Shown: positions 45,142 through 54,021 of the stretch, piece by piece
How positions within the stretch are numbered: the first letter of the stretch is position 1
Layout: every line of letters begins with the position of its first letter
NCBI GenBank assembly: GCA_963844715.1
Contig: CAWJPJ010000007.1
Span: 576,001 to 640,000, forward strand
DNA length: 64,000 bases
DNA from: an uncultured Phycisphaerales bacterium
GTDB lineage: Bacteria; Planctomycetota; Phycisphaerae; Tepidisphaerales; Tepidisphaeraceae
Direction of reading: 5' to 3'
Position numbers and translations under genes: made by a program
Notes under the pieces: generated by a model
What the model saw: the letters and a program-made list of their open reading frames with translations, nothing else
Database searches by the model: none
Told to the model about the DNA's origin: nothing

Positions 45142-45360
45142 ATGACGAAAGATCAAATCCTCACCGAGGCCATGGCACTGGACCCGTCAGAGCGGGACGA
45201 AGTCGCCGAGGCGTTGTGGCAAACGATTGTCCCCGGTGAGCTTTCGGCGGAGCAGGCGATCGAGGTTCGCCGCCGGATCGAGGCTTTGGACAGTGGGAAG
45301 ATGCAGGCGATTCCCGGCGAGCAAGTCATGCAGGAATTGCGGCGGCGATTCCAGCGGTGA
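45142..45360 (+). CDS. Addiction-module antitoxin component
   Basis: ALDPSERDEVAEALW...EVRRRIEAL...IPGEQV; lies directly upstream of a ParE-like gene. Confidence 0.85.
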   Translation: MTKDQILTEAMALDPSERDEVAEALWQTIVPGELSAEQAIEVRRRIEALDSGKMQAIPGEQVMQELRRRFQR

Positions 45361-45363
45361 GCG

Positions 45364-45663
45364 ATGAATTATCGCTTTTCCCCCGACGCCAGAATCGACC
45401 CTCTTGCCGCGGGTGATTTCTACGAATCGCAGAAACCTGGACTGGGAGCGGAATTCTTAGCCGACATTGAAGCGGGTCTCGGCCGTGTTCTGGACGCTCC
45501 GCCACGCTGGCCCGAGTTGGAGCCGGGGATTCGGCGCTACCGGCTTGATCGCTTTCCGTACGCTTTGATCTATCGCGTGGCCTCATTGGATATGGTCGAG
45601 ATCGTCGCCGTGTTTCATCTGCACAGAAAGCCGGGGGCATGGCGCGGCGATCGCAATCTTTAA
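45364..45663 (+). CDS. RelE/ParE-family toxin
   Basis: FYESQKPGLGAEF, RRYRLDRFPYALIYR and IVAVFHLHRKPG.W. Confidence 0.88.
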   Translation: MNYRFSPDARIDPLAAGDFYESQKPGLGAEFLADIEAGLGRVLDAPPRWPELEPGIRRYRLDRFPYALIYRVASLDMVEIVAVFHLHRKPGAWRGDRNL

Positions 45664-45676
45664 ATCGATCTGAAAC

Positions 45677-46201
45677 TCATTTGCCTTCCAGCTTCGCTCG
45701 ATACAGCGCGGCGTCTTCTTCCAAAAAGCAGCAAAAGTTGACACTTTTCGGAAAGTCGTTAGCTGCCAACCATTTGACAACGGTGGACACGGCGATGTCG
45801 CACGCTTCGGCCTGGGGATAGCCGTAGATTCCGGTGGAAATGCAGGGGAAGGCGATCGTTTCCAGACGAGCTTCGGCAGCAAGGCGGAGGCATTCGCGAT
45901 AGCAAGAGGCGAGTAATTCGGCTTCGCCGGATTGACCGCCGGCATAAACGGGGCCGACCGTGTGGATAACGTGGCGGGCTTGGAGGCGGTGGCCGCGGGT
46001 GAGTTTGGCGTGGCCGGTTTCGCAGCCGCCGAGCTTCCGACACTCGTCGAGCAGCCCCGGCCCGGCTGCGCGATGGATCGCACCGTCGACTCCGCCGCCG
46101 CCGAGGAGGGACTTGTTGGCGGCGTTGACGATGGCGTCGACGTCCAGGCGGGTGACGTCGGCTTGGTTGATCTGGATTCGCTCTCGAACGGCCTGCGGCA
46201 C
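45677..46201 (-). CDS. Macrodomain protein (YmdB-like O-acetyl-ADP-ribose deacetylase)
   Basis: DAIVNAANKSLLGGGGVDGAIHRAAG, VIHTVGP and AFPCISTGIYGYP. Confidence 0.93.
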   Translation of the reverse strand: MPQAVRERIQINQADVTRLDVDAIVNAANKSLLGGGGVDGAIHRAAGPGLLDECRKLGGCETGHAKLTRGHRLQARHVIHTVGPVYAGGQSGEAELLASCYRECLRLAAEARLETIAFPCISTGIYGYPQAEACDIAVSTVVKWLAANDFPKSVNFCCFLEEDAALYRAKLEGK

Positions 46202-46268
46202 CCTATAATCTCCTGCTCTGAGTAGCCCATGTACTCCATTTCGAGTCTGCCGATGCTATAGTATTGTC

Positions 46269-46487
46269 ATGACGAAGCTACTTGAACAGGCCGTCGCCAA
46301 GGCACGGGCGCTTCCGGAAGCGGAGCAGGACGCCATCGCGCAGATCGTCATCGACGAAATCGAATCTGAGCGGCGATGGGACGAGTTGCTTGCCAAGTCC
46401 CCGGAGAAATTGAAGAAGCTCGCCGATCAGGCGTGGGCCGAACACGAGTCGGGTGGAAGCGAGGAATTGGACCCGGATCGGCTGTGA
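46269..46487 (+). CDS. Putative antitoxin
   Basis: MTKLLEQAVAKARALPEAEQDAIA...WDELL; overlaps the toxin start (GTGA). Confidence 0.8.
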   Translation: MTKLLEQAVAKARALPEAEQDAIAQIVIDEIESERRWDELLAKSPEKLKKLADQAWAEHESGGSEELDPDRL

Positions 46488-46753
46488 TTTCGCGAACCAG
46501 TTCCGGATTCCGTCGTGACTTGGGGCAACTTCCCGCTGCCGTCAAACGGCAGGCACGCGAGGCGTATCGCCTGTTCCGTCAAAACCCGCAGCATCCCAGC
46601 CTAAAATTCAAGAAACTGCCGCCGCACGAGGATTTGTGCTCGGTCAGGATTAGTAACGATTATCGCGCCATTGGGCGTTTTCGGGGTGATGTCATACTTT
46701 GGTTTTTTGTCGGATCGCACGCCGATTACGAAAAACTTCTGGCGCGGTTGTAA
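46484..46753 (+). CDS. RelE/ParE-like toxin
   Basis: GTG start; LPAAVKRQAREAYRLF..NPQHPSLKFKKL...SVRISNDYRAIG...WFFVGSHADY. Confidence 0.85.
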   Translation: MISRTSSGFRRDLGQLPAAVKRQAREAYRLFRQNPQHPSLKFKKLPPHEDLCSVRISNDYRAIGRFRGDVILWFFVGSHADYEKLLARL

Positions 46754-47052
46754 TTTGTACTGGCTCCGCCGGTCACAGACGTGAAGAAGACCGGGTATGG
46801 GGCGCGAATCGATTCTTTCTTGGATCCCAGCGTTGATACCATGGCTGATGCCCACTTCATCAAATAAGCTTCGCCAACAGACGTTGAACGAACTCGTGGA
46901 ACGCGACGGCATCAGCAATCGCTCGATCAGTCGTGCAAATTTCTTAGCAATTTCTTCTCGATCCTTGCTGAACGTCGCTCGGGCCTGCGCCATAAAACTC
47001 ACCATTGGACCGAACCGTAATCGCGGTGGTGAGTGCGCCAAATTATAGCCGT

Positions 47053-47169
47053 CTACTTAAGGACCGCATTTGATGACACGCACCGGGACAATCCTCGGAG
47101 TTGTATCGACGCCCACAATCGTAACCCGGCTTTGGCCGTAGATGAGAGGACATCGGTATCTAGGATCAC
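47053..47169 (-). pseudogene. Truncated PIN-domain (VapC-like) toxin remnant
   Basis: VILDTDVLS right after the antitoxin-like gene, then divergent sequence and a stop after 38 codons. Confidence 0.5.
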
Positions 47170-47180
47170 GGCGAGAGGCG

Positions 47181-47432
47181 TTATCGCCGGACCTGGCGGA
47201 CCAGCGCCATCAGGTCATCAACCGAGTCTTCTTGCGGCCAGTCGATCGCTAACTTGGCGAGGTCCGTGTTGGGTTGGACGCCTTGCTCGCCGGCCAGTTC
47301 CTCGGGGGACTTGTCGTCCCAGAATTCCGAGTCCGCACCTTCGACCTCGACGCGGACGCGGGTGCCGTCGGGCAAGACGACCGGAGTCTCCAGCACGGCG
47401 ACTCCGTTCTTGATGCGTCCACGATAGGTCAT
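47181..47432 (-). CDS. Antitoxin-like protein (DUF104/AF2212-like N-terminus)
   Basis: MTYRGRIKNGVAVLETPVVLPDGTRVRVEV; overlaps the stop of the upstream chelatase gene. Confidence 0.65.
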   Translation of the reverse strand: MTYRGRIKNGVAVLETPVVLPDGTRVRVEVEGADSEFWDDKSPEELAGEQGVQPNTDLAKLAIDWPQEDSVDDLMALVRQVRR

Positions 47433-47884
47433 GCGTCGGTCACTTCCCCGCTCCGCCCCATTCCCTGGCATTTCTCGCATAGATAATCCTGCTCAATGCA
47501 CTCCCGCACGCGCTTATCGAGCAACTGCAGAATTAGATCATCGATCCCCAACGTCGGGGTAACATGAAACCGTACACCCGGGTGCTTCCCCGCTGCCTCG
47601 GCAGTCAGGCGCGGGATGTCCTGGGTCCAGTGTTTGCCGGGGCCTAGGAAGAATGGGCAGACTACGACGCGCTTGGCACCGCGCTGGACGCATTTGCCAA
47701 ACGCCGTCGCGATGGACGGCTCGGCGATTTCCATGTGGGCGGGTTCTACGATTTTGTATTGCGAAGCGAATTTGTTGGCGAAAGCCGTGGCGACTTTCTC
47801 GAGCATTTTATTGCTCTGGTCGAGGCGCGAGCCGTGGTCGACGATGACGATGGCTGTGGAGATGTCGCTTTTCGAATCAGCCAT
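47429..47884 (-). CDS. Small CbiX/SirB-type sirohydrochlorin chelatase
   Basis: IVDHGSR, AHMEIAEPSI and PFFLGPGKHWTQDIP. Confidence 0.88.
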   Translation of the reverse strand: MADSKSDISTAIVIVDHGSRLDQSNKMLEKVATAFANKFASQYKIVEPAHMEIAEPSIATAFGKCVQRGAKRVVVCPFFLGPGKHWTQDIPRLTAEAAGKHPGVRFHVTPTLGIDDLILQLLDKRVRECIEQDYLCEKCQGMGRSGEVTDA

Positions 47885-47892
47885 GAAAAGAG

Positions 47893-49716
47893 TCAATCCT
47901 TTCGCTCGGCCAATGTCACATCCACGCTGATCGGCTTGCCGGCGCGGGTGATCTTTAGGGTCACTTTATCGCCGGGACGGGCTTGATCCAACGCCTGGGT
48001 GAGGTCCATTAGATTTTGGATCGGTTTATCGCCGAAGCGGGTGATGACGTCGCCTTGCTGGAGCCCTGCGGCGGTGGCGGGGGTGTCGGGGGTGGTGCCG
48101 GAGATCATGGCGCCGTTTTTGGAATCGACGGAGCCGTAATCGGGGATTACGCCTAGGCGCACTCGGCGCGGGGGGCCGCCGAACATTGTGCCCGTGCCGA
48201 ATAGATTGAACGAGTCCTTGTCGGCCGCGACGATGTAATCTTCCTTGGGCATCCGCGCCAGTCCGTCGATGACCTTCCTGGCGAACGCCGCGACCTGTTC
48301 GATCCCGTCGTAATTGATTTTGTCGTAGGTATCCGTCGGCCGGTGATAGTCGGAATGAATCCCGCTGAAGAAGAAGAGGACCGGGATGTGATGTTGCGCG
48401 AAAGACATGTGGTCGCTCGGCCCCAGTCCGCCGCGGCCGACGCTTTTTAAAGTCAAGCCCGAGCCCAATTGCGCTGCTTTGACGATGCCATCCAAATCCG
48501 CCGCCGTCCCCTGGCCGCCCATGTAGAGCAAGCCGTCGCGAAGTCTCCCGACCATGTCGAAATTCACCATGGCGATGATTTTGTCCAGTGGGATGGGCGG
48601 ATGCTTCACGAAAAATTCCGAGCCGATCAGTCCCTCTTCCTCCGCCGAGTAGCACATGAAGACGATCGTTCGCGGCGGCGCGACGCCGTGCGCAAGCTGT
48701 GAGGCCAGATCCAAAACCGTCGCGGTTCCCGAGGCGTTGTCATCGGCGCCGGGATAAATGCTTCCCGGAAGGCCAAGCTGATGCCCCATCCGGCCTCGGC
48801 CGAGATGATCGTAATGCGCGCCTACGACGACAAATTCATCCGCGTGAGGCCCCGCGCCTGGCAGGCACGCCATCACGTTCCGCAAATGGAACGTCCGATG
48901 TTCCGCGTCCACCTGGCCGGAAATCTGAACCCCCGGCAAATCCGCCGAATGCGGCTGGATCGACTCGTCAATTTCCGTCCGCACTTTTTTGAAGTCGGCG
49001 AAAATCTGCCGAACCACCGCCTGCGAAACGTGCATCACGGGTATAGGCGAAGCGGACGCACCCTGAAGAGTCGATGCGAACGGCAAAAGCCCGTCCGGTC
49101 CGTCATCCGCGGGCGTCACCAGGAGCAGGGCGATCGCCCCATGACTGGCGGCGTTCTGGGCCTTGGTGAAGAGCAGGGCGCCGATCGACCAGCCGGTCGG
49201 ATCATCGGCGAATCGGCTATGCCCCTGCACGTCGACGGGCTCATAGCGCATCGCCAGGGCGATTTTGCCATGCACATCGACCCCGGCGTAATCGTCGTAA
49301 TGATGCGCCGGATCGGTGATCCCGTAGCCGACGAAAACGACCTCTCCGGAAAATGAGCGCGTCGCTGAAAACCCCAGCGGGGAGAAATCCTTCTCGATGC
49401 TGAGCCGTTTGGAGCCGACGGAGAGATTGGTTTTGGCGGTGAGAGCAATTAAGGCGTCGTAATCGAAAGGCTGGAAATAGCCGGATTCCCCGGGCAGCGG
49501 CTTAAGCCCGTCGGCGGCGAATTCGGAGGCGATGAAATCGGCTGCGGTGTCCAAGCCGGGGAGACCTACGCCGCGGCCTTCGAGGGCATTGGATGCCAAA
49601 AAGGGGAGGGTGTCGCGTGGGTCGGGGTCATATGGCGGCGGCTGAGAGGGATTGGTTGCCGGCGCGGCACCGGCCGCGAGTACCGCGAAACAAATCCAGC
49701 CGACAACTCGCCTCAT
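47893..49716 (-). CDS. Exported M28 aminopeptidase with PA and C-terminal PDZ domains
   Basis: Signal peptide MRRVVGW, LEGRG, VFVGYGI, GAHYDHLG, GADDNASG, AEEEGLIGS, NFDMVGR, SDH, DYHRPTD and LGVIPD (PDZ). Confidence 0.92.
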   Translation of the reverse strand: MRRVVGWICFAVLAAGAAPATNPSQPPPYDPDPRDTLPFLASNALEGRGVGLPGLDTAADFIASEFAADGLKPLPGESGYFQPFDYDALIALTAKTNLSVGSKRLSIEKDFSPLGFSATRSFSGEVVFVGYGITDPAHHYDDYAGVDVHGKIALAMRYEPVDVQGHSRFADDPTGWSIGALLFTKAQNAASHGAIALLLVTPADDGPDGLLPFASTLQGASASPIPVMHVSQAVVRQIFADFKKVRTEIDESIQPHSADLPGVQISGQVDAEHRTFHLRNVMACLPGAGPHADEFVVVGAHYDHLGRGRMGHQLGLPGSIYPGADDNASGTATVLDLASQLAHGVAPPRTIVFMCYSAEEEGLIGSEFFVKHPPIPLDKIIAMVNFDMVGRLRDGLLYMGGQGTAADLDGIVKAAQLGSGLTLKSVGRGGLGPSDHMSFAQHHIPVLFFFSGIHSDYHRPTDTYDKINYDGIEQVAAFARKVIDGLARMPKEDYIVAADKDSFNLFGTGTMFGGPPRRVRLGVIPDYGSVDSKNGAMISGTTPDTPATAAGLQQGDVITRFGDKPIQNLMDLTQALDQARPGDKVTLKITRAGKPISVDVTLAERKD

Positions 49717-49764
49717 TCGGGGGATTGTAGCGGGTATTTCGGCCATTCCCGTATTCGGCGGAGT

Positions 49765-49807
49765 CCCCCTCCCGTGCCGTCGCCCGGAGTATCGGGGGAG
49801 GGGGTAG
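49765..49807. repeat. REP-like palindromic element (degenerate copy)
   Basis: CCCCTCCC...CCCGGAGTATCGGGGGAGGGG; shares its core with the element at 57738-57776. Confidence 0.5.
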
Positions 49808-49872
49808 GTCTGGAGGGTTGGCGTGGGGCGCAAGGTCCCAGAATCTTTGAGCGCCGTTTCGGCCGCGGGCCG

Positions 49873-51063
49873 ATGAAAGATGCGGACCGCTCCATGAAAA
49901 AGAACGGACGGGTGATCGTGCGCAAAAGAGGGAAATCGCCAGGCATGCCGGGCGATCTCACTGATCTTCTGGGCCGAAAGCCGGTCAGTCTGGATACGCC
50001 GCAGCTTCAGCGATTCCTGGCCGGGAAACAGGTTCTGGTCACCGGGGCCGGGGGGAGCATTGGGTCGGAAATCTGCCGCCAGAGTATGCGATTCTGCCCG
50101 CGGCGACTGATTCTGCTGGAGCAAGCGGAGGGTGCGCTGTTCGAGATCGACCGGGAGCTTCGCCAGCGCTGGGTTGGGGCGGAGATTGTTCCGGTCGTGG
50201 CGGACATCGGCGACAGCCGGCGCATCGGGCAGGTCTTCGCCGAGTATCAGCCGCAGGTCATCTTCCATTGTGCGGCTCACAAGCACGTTCCGATGATGGA
50301 ACTCAATCCTGGCGAGGCGATCAAGAACAATGTCTTCGGGACCAAGATCGTTGCCGACGCCGCGTTGGCCGTGGGGGCGACCGCATTTGTCATGGTGAGT
50401 ACCGACAAGGCGGTCAATCCCACCAGCGTGATGGGGGCCGCGAAGCGCTGCGCGGAACTGTACATTCAATCCCTCAACGATCCGGATCGCCCGGGCACGC
50501 GCTTCGTGGCGGTGCGCTTCGGGAACGTGCTGGCCAGCAGCGGGAGCGTGGTTCCGATTTTCCTCAAGCAGATCGAAGCGGGCGGCCCGGTCACAGTGAC
50601 CCATCCCGACATGAAGCGATATTTCATGACCATCCCCGAGGCGAGCCAATTGGTCATGCAGGCGGGCGCGATCGGACAGGGGGGCGAAATCTTCATCCTC
50701 GATATGGGCAAGCCGATCAAAATCCTGAATCTCGCCCGCGAGATGATCCGCCGATTCGGCCTGCGGCCGGGCGAAGATATCGCGATCGAATTCAGCGGGG
50801 TTCGGCCAGGTGAGAAGCTCCATGAGGAACTCGCCTGCGCCAATGAGCAGACGCGCCCGACGAGCCACCCCAAAATCCGCGTCTGGCAGCTCCCTCGCGC
50901 CACGATTCAGCAGGTCGAGCGGATGATGCATTCCCTCGGCGGCGTGATCAACAGCGATCGATCCCGGGTGGTTTCCGTCCTGCGGGAGTGCGTGGGCGAA
51001 TATCGCCCGACGCCCGAGGTGGCGGAGGAAAAACCGCTCCGTCTGGTTGCCGACGCCGCTTAA
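49873..51063 (+). CDS. CapD/PglF/WbpM-like nucleotide-sugar dehydratase, catalytic domain only; start uncertain
   Basis: DLLGRKPV, VTGAGGSIGSE, FHCAAHKHVP, STDKAVNPTSVMGAAKR, VRFGNVL.SSGSV and RPGEKLHEEL. Confidence 0.9.
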   Translation: MKDADRSMKKNGRVIVRKRGKSPGMPGDLTDLLGRKPVSLDTPQLQRFLAGKQVLVTGAGGSIGSEICRQSMRFCPRRLILLEQAEGALFEIDRELRQRWVGAEIVPVVADIGDSRRIGQVFAEYQPQVIFHCAAHKHVPMMELNPGEAIKNNVFGTKIVADAALAVGATAFVMVSTDKAVNPTSVMGAAKRCAELYIQSLNDPDRPGTRFVAVRFGNVLASSGSVVPIFLKQIEAGGPVTVTHPDMKRYFMTIPEASQLVMQAGAIGQGGEIFILDMGKPIKILNLAREMIRRFGLRPGEDIAIEFSGVRPGEKLHEELACANEQTRPTSHPKIRVWQLPRATIQQVERMMHSLGGVINSDRSRVVSVLRECVGEYRPTPEVAEEKPLRLVADAA

Positions 51064-51216
51064 ACCAGCCGCGTCTCTCGTCCGCTAGAGATTCTCGTCC
51101 CATAACCGGGCCAAAGCGCAGAGACCTTGGAGTAAACGTCTTTGGGCAGTCGATAACTCGAACGAGGCCAGCGTCGTGAGGCGTTAAGATTTTTAGGCAC
51201 AGCCTAGAGGTTTGCC

Positions 51217-51948
51217 GTGTTTCAACAAATCCTTCAGCTTCTTCCTCATGACCCTGGAAATACCACGCTGATGATCGCCCTCGGGGGCGCTCTGCTCGGC
51301 GTGTTGCTTTGGGTCATCGGCGTCCGGATCGGACGGGTGATCATGACGCTCGGCGCGGTTGGCGCCGGCACTGCAATCGGCATGAAATTGCCGGACTGGT
51401 ACGGCTGGAATATCGACCCGATGGGGCCCGGCGTCGGACTCGCCCTGGTTCTGGGCCTGACGGCGTACGCGCTGTATCGCTTTTACATTGGAGCGGCGCT
51501 GACCGTTCTCCTTACCGCATGGGCAGCGCTGGCGACATGGGTTCTGCTCAAACATGGCAACTTCCACCCGCCGACGTACGCGGGAAATCTTCCGAAATAT
51601 CTGCTCAACTTCTGGGCCGGTCTTCCCCGTGATATGCACCGCTGGATGCCGTACCTCGCGGCGGGATCGTTCCTGGCGGGGATGAGCATTTCCATTCTCT
51701 GGCCAAAGCTCGGCTCGACGATCTTCTGGAGCACCGCCGGCGCAACGACGACATTCTGCACGGTTTCGATCGCCCTTTACCATTTCCGCCCGCATACCCT
51801 CGATCGCCTGCCGCGGCATGTTGGGCCGCAGCTTGCCTGCCTCGGCGGCGCGGTGGCGCTTGGCATGCTCCTGCAATGGGCCATGATGCCGCGGAAAAAG
51901 AAGGAAAAATCGCCGGCTCCCGAGCAACAACCCGAACATTCGCACTGA
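51217..51948 (+). CDS. Membrane protein, DUF4203/TMEM198-like
   Basis: About 7 Gly-rich TM segments; same layout as the next gene. Confidence 0.6.
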   Translation: MFQQILQLLPHDPGNTTLMIALGGALLGVLLWVIGVRIGRVIMTLGAVGAGTAIGMKLPDWYGWNIDPMGPGVGLALVLGLTAYALYRFYIGAALTVLLTAWAALATWVLLKHGNFHPPTYAGNLPKYLLNFWAGLPRDMHRWMPYLAAGSFLAGMSISILWPKLGSTIFWSTAGATTTFCTVSIALYHFRPHTLDRLPRHVGPQLACLGGAVALGMLLQWAMMPRKKKEKSPAPEQQPEHSH

Positions 51949-51957
51949 GGACTGATC

Positions 51958-52647
51958 ATGCCAGCATTGAATTACTCGTATATTCTCGCGGCTGAAGCCG
52001 CCGGAAGGCCACTGCATGTGACCTTTCCACAGCCCAACGATTTGCTCACCTGGTGCCAGGAAATGCGCCCCGGGACGTCCATGATGTTGATCATCCTGGG
52101 CGTGATTTATCTGCTGTTCGGATACCGGATCATCAAGACGCTGGTGATGCTCAACGCGATCGTGCTTGGGGCGGTGATCGGAGCGTCCATCGGAGGCAAG
52201 GGGGAGACGGCGTTGGCGTGCGCGATCATCGGGGCGTTCGCGGCCGGGGCGATCACCTGGCCGGCGATGAAATACGCCGTTGCGCTCATGGGCGGGTTGA
52301 TCGGCGCGATGATCGGGGGCGCCGTGTGGCATGCCGCGGGATTGGAGCCGAGTCTTGCCTGGGCAGGCGCGCTGGTCGGGCTGATCGGGTTCGGGCTCCT
52401 CTGCTTCATCCTCTTCCGCGGCAGCGTGATGATGTACACTAGCTTGCAGGGCGCGGTCATGCTCGTGCTCGGCGCGCTGGGCTTGCTCTACAAATATCAG
52501 GAAGTTGCGCCGCAGCTCACGACGCATCTGCACATGGAGCCGTTCCTGCTCCCGGCGGCAGTGGTGATCCCCGCGATGATCGGGTTGATCTTCCAGCAGC
52601 ATCATACCGCTACGGCGGGCGGCGGCGGGCACGGCGGGAAGAAATAA
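51958..52647 (+). CDS. Membrane protein, DUF4203/TMEM198-like
   Basis: GVIYLLFGYRIIK, TSLQGA.M..LG and GLIFQ. Confidence 0.7.
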   Translation: MPALNYSYILAAEAAGRPLHVTFPQPNDLLTWCQEMRPGTSMMLIILGVIYLLFGYRIIKTLVMLNAIVLGAVIGASIGGKGETALACAIIGAFAAGAITWPAMKYAVALMGGLIGAMIGGAVWHAAGLEPSLAWAGALVGLIGFGLLCFILFRGSVMMYTSLQGAVMLVLGALGLLYKYQEVAPQLTTHLHMEPFLLPAAVVIPAMIGLIFQQHHTATAGGGGHGGKK

Positions 52648-52701
52648 TCGCTTCCCGGCCTCGTTTTAGCGGGTGGTGGGGGTGGGTTCTTCTGGGTGTG
52701 C

Positions 52702-53893
52702 ATGCGCGCACTTCGCATCGCCTTCATAACGCCCGGGTTCGTCACTGAGGGGAACACCGCCAGCGGGCTTGGCAATTACATCAACAAGATGACGCAGGCT
52801 CTTCTGGCAGCCGGGCATGTGCCGGAGATATTTGTCTGTAGTTTTGAAGACTCGCGCGAGATCAATCACCAGGGAGTCTGTGTCCACCGGGTTTATCCAA
52901 AACTACCGGGGGGATGGAAACGCTGGTTTCAGGAGACGCCGGCGGTCCCGATCCTGGGGCAATTTCGCCAAACCGGAAGAATCCGCTCGCAAATGGCGAC
53001 GCTTGCGGCGGCGTTTGACGCGCGGGATCGCGAGGCCCCGTTTGATCTCGTGCAAAGCCCCGACTCGCATGGGTGCGGCAGCGACATCCACCCGCGTCCG
53101 GGGCGTCCGCATCTGGTGCGGTGCAGCATCATGGCGGAGCTGAACGCCGTCCATGAGCAGGCAAAACCGCCGGTTTTTCCGACCTGGCAGGCGCGATACG
53201 AATTGCGTGCCGTCGAGCGAGCCGAGATCGCATACGCCCCCAGCCAATTCGGCGCGGACTATTACCAGAAGCGGCTGCATCGTCCGGTGCACGTGGTGCG
53301 TCCGCCGGCGCTGATCGAGGTTCCGCCGTGCGACGTTCCCGTGGCGGGACTTCCGGAGAAATATCTGCTGCATTTCGGGACGCTGAATCCGTCCAAGGGG
53401 ACGCTCTGGCTCGCCGATGCGCTACCACTGGCCTGGCAGAGGGAGCCGGACCTCAAGATCGTCATCGCGGGGCGGATTTTCAATATCGATACCGATGCTC
53501 TCAAACGGCAGTGGGGGCCGAGGAGCGCAAATGTGCTGTTTCTCGGGCGCACTCCCCAAGCCGCAACTTTACACCGTTTTGCGCGGTGCTGCGGCTGCGA
53601 TCATTCCCTCGATCATCGACAATCTTCCGAACACCGCGATCGAAAGCTTGCTGCTTGGAATCCCGGTCATCGGCACGCGCGGGGCGAGCATCGATGAACT
53701 GGTTACCGACGGCGTCACCGGCGAGCTGGTGCCGCTCCATGATGTGACCGGGCTGGCCGAGGCGATGGTTCGCGCCTGGAGCGGGGCCTCGCCGGCGCAC
53801 TGCGGATTCAAATGGGAAAGCCCTATCGCCGAGCAGATGCGGCCGCAGCAGGCGGTCCAGAATTTTCTGGACTTGGCAGGCTTGAACCCCTGA
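52702..53893 (+). CDS. GT4-family glycosyltransferase; indel near 53548
   Basis: IAFITP, SGLGNY, APSQF, FGTLNPSKG and PSIIDNLPNTAIES...PVIGT. Confidence 0.88.
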
Positions 53894-53993
53894 AGAAAGC
53901 TGCCAAATCAGCAGTTCGCGTACGGAAGCATTTTCCCCCATCCATAAATCACGGATACTGAGTACCTTACACCGGCCGCGCTCCGGCGGTTTC

Positions 53994-54009
53994 TGGTCCC
54001 CAATTTGCT
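53994..54009 (+). promoter_or_regulatory. Putative sigma54 -24/-12 promoter of clpB
   Basis: TGGTCCCCAATTTGCT, an exact GG-N10-GC spacing ending TTGCT. Confidence 0.45.
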
Positions 54010-54021
54010 TTGTGATGGGCG

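Noticed and set aside
45677..46201. DarG antitoxin of a DarTG system
   Set aside because: No darT neighbour and no DarG C-terminal domain; the sequence is a typical YmdB-like single macrodomain.
46760..47050. ORFs 46601..47041 (-) and 46797..47048 (+)
   Set aside because: No recognisable motifs, and the longer one overlaps the toxin gene antisense. Left unassigned as possibly degraded DNA.
47893..50931. 1012-aa ORF suggesting a giant peptidase fusion
   Set aside because: The N-terminal roughly 400 aa are the antisense shadow of the capD-like gene plus intergenic DNA. The real start is the ATG at 49716, which has a signal peptide and a TACAAT box.
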